Source: Candidatus Omnitrophota bacterium (lineage in GTDB: Bacteria; Omnitrophota; Gorgyraeia; Gygaellales; Profunditerraquicolaceae). From it: DNA of 64,000 bases. Positions within the stretch are counted from its first letter, which is position 1. The DNA is taken from NCBI GenBank assembly GCA_022710715.1, contig JAKLGJ010000002.1, forward strand, positions 309,453 to 373,452, read 5' to 3'. Below: more notes on the stretch, generated by a model that saw only the letters and a list, made by a program, of their open reading frames with translations, made no database searches and was not told where the DNA came from. The DNA is not shown here.

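Noticed and set aside
6327-62163. GACGGCGG at junctions as a recombination scar (attC/att-like in-frame cassette capture).
   Set aside because: Only the tripeptide is conserved. Codons vary (GAC/GAT, GGC/GGA/GGG/GGT) and the flanking nucleotides are not conserved. This indicates selection at the peptide level, not a DNA site.
62028-62771. Plus-strand ORFs in frames 2 and 3, of which this 247-aa ORF is the largest. All + ORFs in the track are frame 2 or 3.
   Set aside because: They are out of frame with the continuous frame-1 ORF and fully overlap it. Their translations are Arg/Pro-rich, a sign of GC-rich off-frame translation.
1-64000. Alternative explanation: a stop-codon-reassigned genetic code or a frameshift-ridden operon, instead of a giant gene.
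   Set aside because: No TAA, TAG or TGA was seen in frame 1 at any sampled position, while the other frames contain many. Reassignment of all three stops is not known in bacteria. Domain order is collinear in one frame with no frameshifts needed.
1-64000. Searched for rRNA, tRNA, CRISPR arrays, IS elements or transposases, promoters and terminators.
   Set aside because: No short direct-repeat/spacer arrays, no inverted-repeat-flanked transposase-like ORFs, no tRNA-like or rRNA-like segments and no intergenic space exist. The window is wall-to-wall coding in one frame.

Overview
The whole 64-kb window appears to lie inside one uninterrupted open reading frame on the + strand, frame 1 (codon starts at 1, 4, 7, ...). 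I translated frame 1 at more than 40 sampled positions along the window and found coding-like sequence with no in-frame stop anywhere. The supplied six-frame track lists no frame-1 ORF at all; the other five frames are broken into fragments of 250 aa or less, and the longest listed ORFs are antisense shadow ORFs typical of GC-rich coding DNA. I therefore infer a giant gene of at least 21,333 codons, truncated at both window ends, with neither start nor stop present. The encoded megaprotein is a string of about 45 recognisable enzyme-like modules separated by short polar linkers, with four clusters of transmembrane helices. The modules, 5' to 3', are: (i) a polysaccharide-synthesis block: a GT2 processive synthase of the hyaluronan-synthase/NodC/chitin-synthase type (GDDRSLT, QQLRW), a multi-TM segment, a CBM4_9-like beta-sandwich, a CE4/NodB deacetylase (LRFDDGW), an Ig-like plus GH9-like (alpha/alpha)6 domain, a UDP-sugar 6-dehydrogenase (GGYCLPKD) and a GNAT; (ii) a nucleotidyltransferase-like module, a second TM cluster and about 5 kb with no recognisable motif, including one HAD-like module; (iii) a complete alpha-glucan (glycogen-type) set: GH13, two tandemly duplicated GlgA-like GT5 modules, a GT35-like module, a GDE_C debranching module and a second GH13; (iv) a nucleotide-sugar block: a second UDP-glucose 6-dehydrogenase, Gfo/Idh/MocA, a cupin pair and GT4; (v) a triplicated HIT-like (C-x-F-C ... 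HxHxHxx) module with a radical-SAM/SPASM domain inserted, followed by a PEP-utilising (PPDK_N plus phospho-His) module; (vi) a small-molecule block: SGNH hydrolase, zinc-ribbon methyltransferase, GGCT/AIG2, uridine-kinase-like P-loop kinase, CYTH, HD and a CoaD/PPAT-like cytidylyltransferase; (vii) HEAT/PBS-lyase repeat arrays (three clear, one weak), a third TM cluster, a ChaN/Tiki/GumN-like domain, a second GNAT, two more methyltransferases, NagB-like, PHP, a second HAD-IIB, a paralogous zinc-ribbon methyltransferase and a final TM hairpin. Two things stand out. A short x-D-G-G motif (mostly GAC-GGC-GG at the nucleotide level) recurs 34 times found by eye and falls almost exclusively at module junctions, which suggests a conserved linker or polyprotein-processing site. 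Separately, there are tandem duplications inside the gene, including one run of about 148 bp that is near-identical between copies 1,065 bp apart. I found no rRNA, tRNA, CRISPR, IS element or intergenic regulatory region. Domain calls rest on motif recognition by eye, without HMM searches, and the coordinates are approximate.
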